A stretch of 63,810 bases of DNA, filler included, from Dimorphilus gyrociliatus (lineage: Eukaryota > Animalia > Annelida): assembly GCA_904063045.1 (NCBI GenBank). It is 4 parts of 4 records of this genome, joined end to end, with 100 filler letters (N's around TTAATTAATTAA, not from the genome) between each part and the next. Parts side by side here need not be neighbours in the genome. Positions count along the whole stretch, not along the records: positions 58,248 to 63,810 come from CAJFCJ010000326.1; 3 more parts are not named here. One strand, written 5' to 3'. The notes under the pieces are model-generated. The model did not search any database. It was not told the DNA's origin and saw only the letters and a program-made list of their open reading frames with translations. Of this stretch, positions 60,061 to 63,810 are shown piece by piece (the first letter of the stretch is position 1; each line of letters begins with the position of its first letter). Both the position numbers and the translations under genes were made by a program.

Positions 60061-60369
60061 GTAATTGAGCTAGCTCATCCCGAGAAGATAGGATGCTGTG
60101 GGGCGAGGCTAGTATTGAACGAAGAAATCCGACAGGTGGAGCCATTTACGTCAGGTCTAGCGCGAGTTGTCGAGGAATACGAAGGCCAGAATGGTAGGGG
60201 ATGGGTTCGCACGAAGAAGACAAGGTTAGATTGGGCGCAGCTGCTCTACGAATTCAATTGGAAGTTCGACGGAAGTACTACAATTACGAGACGTTTGCCG
60301 GACGTTACTGGAGGAGAGACTGATTTGTGCCACGTAATTGATAGGTGGCACAAAATTGTTTCGGATTAA
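60061..60369 (+). CDS. Probable terminal exon of an unidentified gene (102 aa)
   Basis: GC-elevated open frame after a TACAG acceptor: VIELAHPEKIGCCGARLVLNEEIRQVEPF...LCHVIDRWHKIVSD*. Upstream exons were not identified. Confidence 0.5.
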   Translation, partial: VIELAHPEKIGCCGARLVLNEEIRQVEPFTSGLARVVEEYEGQNGRGWVRTKKTRLDWAQLLYEFNWKFDGSTTITRRLPDVTGGETDLCHVIDRWHKIVSD

Positions 60370-61001
60370 AGGATTTTCATATTTCGTTCATCATCATTTC
60401 GTCAATTGGAAAAAAAAGTAACGCTAGAAGATAGCCAAACGGTACAACGAAACAAACAAAAAAGAGACCCCAACTAACCAAAAAACAGACTGTAAAAAAG
60501 GCAAAAAGGAAAAGACTAAAAGGTAAAAAAAGAATGAAAAAAATACGAATATATATAGATATATCTATAGTTTCTATAGTTAAAATATACAGTATATATA
60601 TAATCTAATAAAATAAATAAATTTCAATAGATAAACTCTACTCTTCTCCTCCTCTATCCTATATCCCAATTTTCCCTATTTTTCTTCCTTTGTTTTCTTT
60701 TTTTCAACCGTTTTTTCCCTCCTCCCCCATTTATATACAATAATACTGTATAAGCGTTAATAGACGTACGAATATTAACAATAGAAACAACTGCAACAAC
60801 TGTAGCAACTGCAGTGACGATTTATATCAGCTGAATGCTTACGCTTGTAGTGTGTGCTTTACTTTTTTTGGTTAGTTTTCGAGAAGAGTGGAAAAATTTC
60901 CGCTATTTTTGTCTCACCTGTTAATGGCTTTAAAGTAAGATTCAATCTGTTTTCCTTCCTAACTAAGTAATCAGGGGAAGGAAAAGAGAGGAGAGAGAGG
61001 G

Positions 61002-61035
<34 letters not shown>

Positions 61036-63571
61036 AGAGAGAGTGTTTGTATGTGTGTGTCTAGAGACGTGTGAGAGAGAAAAAAGAATCTATAAATAAG
61101 GAGGATAGTTAAGTCTTATTCGTCTTCCGCTAGTAGCGTATTGGCGGTAATTAACATGCGCAAATAATGGACTTTAACGCTACTGATGGCCAATGAAAAG
61201 AGTCAGAAGTGGAAGATAGAAAATTTCCCAGTTAAAAAAAGATAGGACAAGCTTTAAGGAAGAAAGTAAAGAGCTTTATCTAATGCACTATTTTTGTCTA
61301 TTAAAAATCAGTATTTGAGATTTCCCCACCCTACTTTTTCGTTTTCACCTTCATCTTCTTCTTCTTTTTATTTAAATCATTTGGAGAAGAGAATTTCGCA
61401 ATTCTTCAGCGAATAACCTTGTCAGCTATGCGGAAATAATACTTTGACAGGGAGTTTACGTTTAAGGACAGAATTGAGTTATACAGTATAGTATAACTTG
61501 GAATACATGAGCAATGCTTTTCCTTTTCTTCTTCTTTTTCTTCCTCCTCTTCTCTTTGTAGTCGGCCGACTACTGCTCGCCGTAACAGAGAATATAAAGA
61601 GTACTTTTATTTCAAGCGAAGGAATGAAGATAGAGAGCATGATGAGTTTTAGTTATAAAATCCAGGAAGAGAAAGGAGGAAGTAGATAAGAAATATTCAA
61701 TCAATTTTCATACGTTAATTCCTAATCATTGTAATGATTACCAACAAATACAATTTCACAATTTAAGCGAAAAAGGAAGTGACACGGACTGTTGAAAGTC
61801 ACGTGACCCGCTCCTTTCAACCTTCTCCTTTCATCCTTCAGATAATAAAAGATAAGATTAATTGTTTGTCGAGTTTATACATACAATATACATAAGTATA
61901 CGGTCGGCGCATTATCATTACAAAGTTATTAGGAGGAGAGGGTTGTCGGGCCGCGAACGGTCGCGTGGGTAGTATTAGTGCATTGTTATTAATTGTAATT
62001 GTATAATAGGCGTAACATAAACTGGAAAAATGACTTGGCAGAGAAGGCAGTAGCAATTGACTATTGTTCTTGTATTCTATCGAATATAATGGACGTCGAT
62101 CGTAGAGTTATTCCACTAAGGTAGAAGAGAAAGTTGGTGAAACAGGTTGTAATTACTTATTGATTAACTCTCCCTCCGTACACGTTTTCTATAGTACTTT
62201 CGGACATGAAAGGTGTTAAGCAAAGCTTAACATAAACCTATTGACGGCCTACCGAATAAATCAAAAAGTCTTTCCTAATGCAAATATAACAGTAATAAGC
62301 ATTAGCTTTGAAATACGAGGCTTTCACCTTCAAAAAAAAAACGCTTTATGTCTCTCTTTCCGCGAGTATAGAGAAAAGAGAAATTGTTCTTTTTTTCCTG
62401 TTTTTTTTTCCATCTCCTCTCTGACTCTCCCTCCCTCTCTCTCTCTCTCTCTTTGTAAATATCTATTTATCTTCATAAAACATGTATATAGCTTCGCTCT
62501 CCTCCCTTCCTCCCACACACACACACACACTGTCAACTTTTCTCTGTTTGCCACTCTACCGCAATATTTTACATCGTTCAGCGTCACTTACCGAAATAAC
62601 TAATAGACTTTGTAGTTAGAAACGATATTACGTAACGTAGAAAGAAGAGGATGTGTATACAATACTTTTTTCCGGCCAATTATTAGGCGAAAGAAAAGAA
62701 AAGGAGGATTAGTTTGCTCTATACCCTTTTCCCTCATATTTCGACATTAGGGGACATTGAAGAAAAGTTTACAGCAGATAACTTTTTCCCATGTAGAATA
62801 GCTAGTGCACGTTCTTGAGAACATTGATCCATTATTTTCTTCTCAACTGAAGGAAAGGAAGAGAGAGAGAGAGAGAGAGAGAGAAGGGTTAGCAAAAGCC
62901 AAAAAATCTATAGATTCGTTAAAAAAAGTCCCATTCTGACCTCTCCTTTTACTTTTCTTGGCAAACACTCGATAAACCCTTAGTTTTTTTTTGATTGTTT
63001 CCTTAGCATGAATAATAAGAAAAAGTTGAGGAAAAGTTTTCTTTTTCTGCCTTTTTCGTAACGTACGGTAAATTAAAATTAATGAATTAATTATACAAGC
63101 TCTTATACTACTCGACATGGGTATTCTCCAGATCGGAAGAGGTCTTATTACCGTATTTGAGGATTGCGTGCTGATGAGAAGCGAGATTTAAAACTTTTCA
63201 TGTCGGAATCCCTTGCATCGCATTTCTCTTCTCCAGCACCCACTAAATGCAATATAATCAGAGCGCAACTTTTGCAGATTTTCTGACAGAAATCTGCAAA
63301 AGTAGCATATCAAAGAGGCATGAGTCGGGGTGACGAAAGAGTGGGTGGAATAATATGTATAGATGCATGTATTTATGCATGTATGTAGGTATGTACGCAT
63401 ACATGTGTGTATAATAGAGAAAGGGAGAAAGAAAGAAAGAAAGAGAGAGAATGAAATTAATAAGAGAAGTGCAGAGCAGATTGAGGATAAACAGTAATTG
63501 GAGAGGGATTGTATGGAAAAAATGAAAGGAATTTCGTAATATTTTGCAGGAAGCAAAAAGGGAGAAAAAGT

Positions 63572-63810
63572 ATGGCTTGTAAAGAGAACATACAATCGAC
63601 CAAACTGATTCGAATAGCTCTTCTAGGAGCGTCGGGTGTTGGAAAGACGTCTCTCGTTCGACAGTTTGTTACTCAGTCTTATAATGACAATTACCAACCA
63701 ACTTTAAAAAGGACCGTATATTATCCTTGCGTCGTTATTAATGAGCAGATATATGGCGTTGAATTAATCGATACACCACCGCTTCCATTCTTCCCAACAA
63801 ACTCGTATTG
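63572..63810 (+). CDS. RASL10: Ras-like small GTPase, RASL10 family (5' partial; runs off the window)
   Basis: MACKENIQSTKLIRIALLGASGVGKTSLVRQFV...YYPCVVINEQIYGVELIDTPPLPFFP. P-loop GxxxxGKT and DxPP in place of DxxG, as in RASL10A/B. Confidence 0.8.
   Translation, partial: MACKENIQSTKLIRIALLGASGVGKTSLVRQFVTQSYNDNYQPTLKRTVYYPCVVINEQIYGVELIDTPPLPFFPTNSY

Noticed and set aside
61775-61807. GGAAGT and GTCACGTGAC (ETS and E-box/CLEAR-like) sites
   Set aside because: Short motifs with no associated transcription start evidence.
63130-63141. AGATCGGAAGAG, the start of the Illumina adapter
   Set aside because: A 12-bp match only; the 13th base differs and the adapter does not continue. Chance or a trimmed remnant, not biological.
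58672-63595. Track ORFs in the microsatellite-rich scaffold (58672, 59230, 61498, 61838, 62241, 62330, 62843, 63188)
   Set aside because: Translations are dominated by dinucleotide-repeat peptides (YIYI, SLSL, RERE, HTHT) and are not credible proteins.

Overview
This is not one contiguous locus. Three identical 100-nt artificial linkers (44 N + TTAATTAATTAA + 44 N, at 30974-31073, 47180-47279 and 58148-58247) join four unrelated scaffolds, and there is also a sized 732-N gap at 12559-13290. Scaffold 1 (1-30973) looks like a microsporidian (intracellular parasite) genome. It is very AT-rich and intronless, with CCC-type motifs directly before start codons. It holds three secreted LRR proteins, a RhoGAP gene, several broken orphan genes and a tRNA-Ala. 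It is also dense in transposons: four Merlin/ISXO2 copies, an intact IR/DR Tc1 element inserted into one of them, two IS630-like and two integrase remnants, and two MITE/foldback elements. Scaffolds 2 and 3 (31074-47179, 47280-58147) share repeat families and look like a compact-genome invertebrate animal with 54-80 nt introns. They hold MULE elements with 9-bp TSDs, tRNA-Ile, an intronless RING/B-box/coiled-coil/LRR (TRIM-LRR) gene and a secreted Calx-beta + GDPH + ITIH-C-terminal protein. They also hold a U3 snoRNA, decaying GRL101-like LDLa-LRR-GPCR copies, a candidate unknown small RNA, a 678-aa secreted repeat protein, and an SDR gene with a scrambled local duplicate. Scaffold 4 (58248-63810) is microsatellite-rich, with one orphan exon and the 5' end of a RASL10-like GTPase. 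The most notable items are the apparent hidden microsporidian genome next to animal sequence, the TRIM-LRR architecture, the Calx-beta/GDPH self-cleaving candidate, the fresh Tc1-in-Merlin nest and the unidentified two-hairpin RNA. Family calls come from motifs read by eye; no database search was run.
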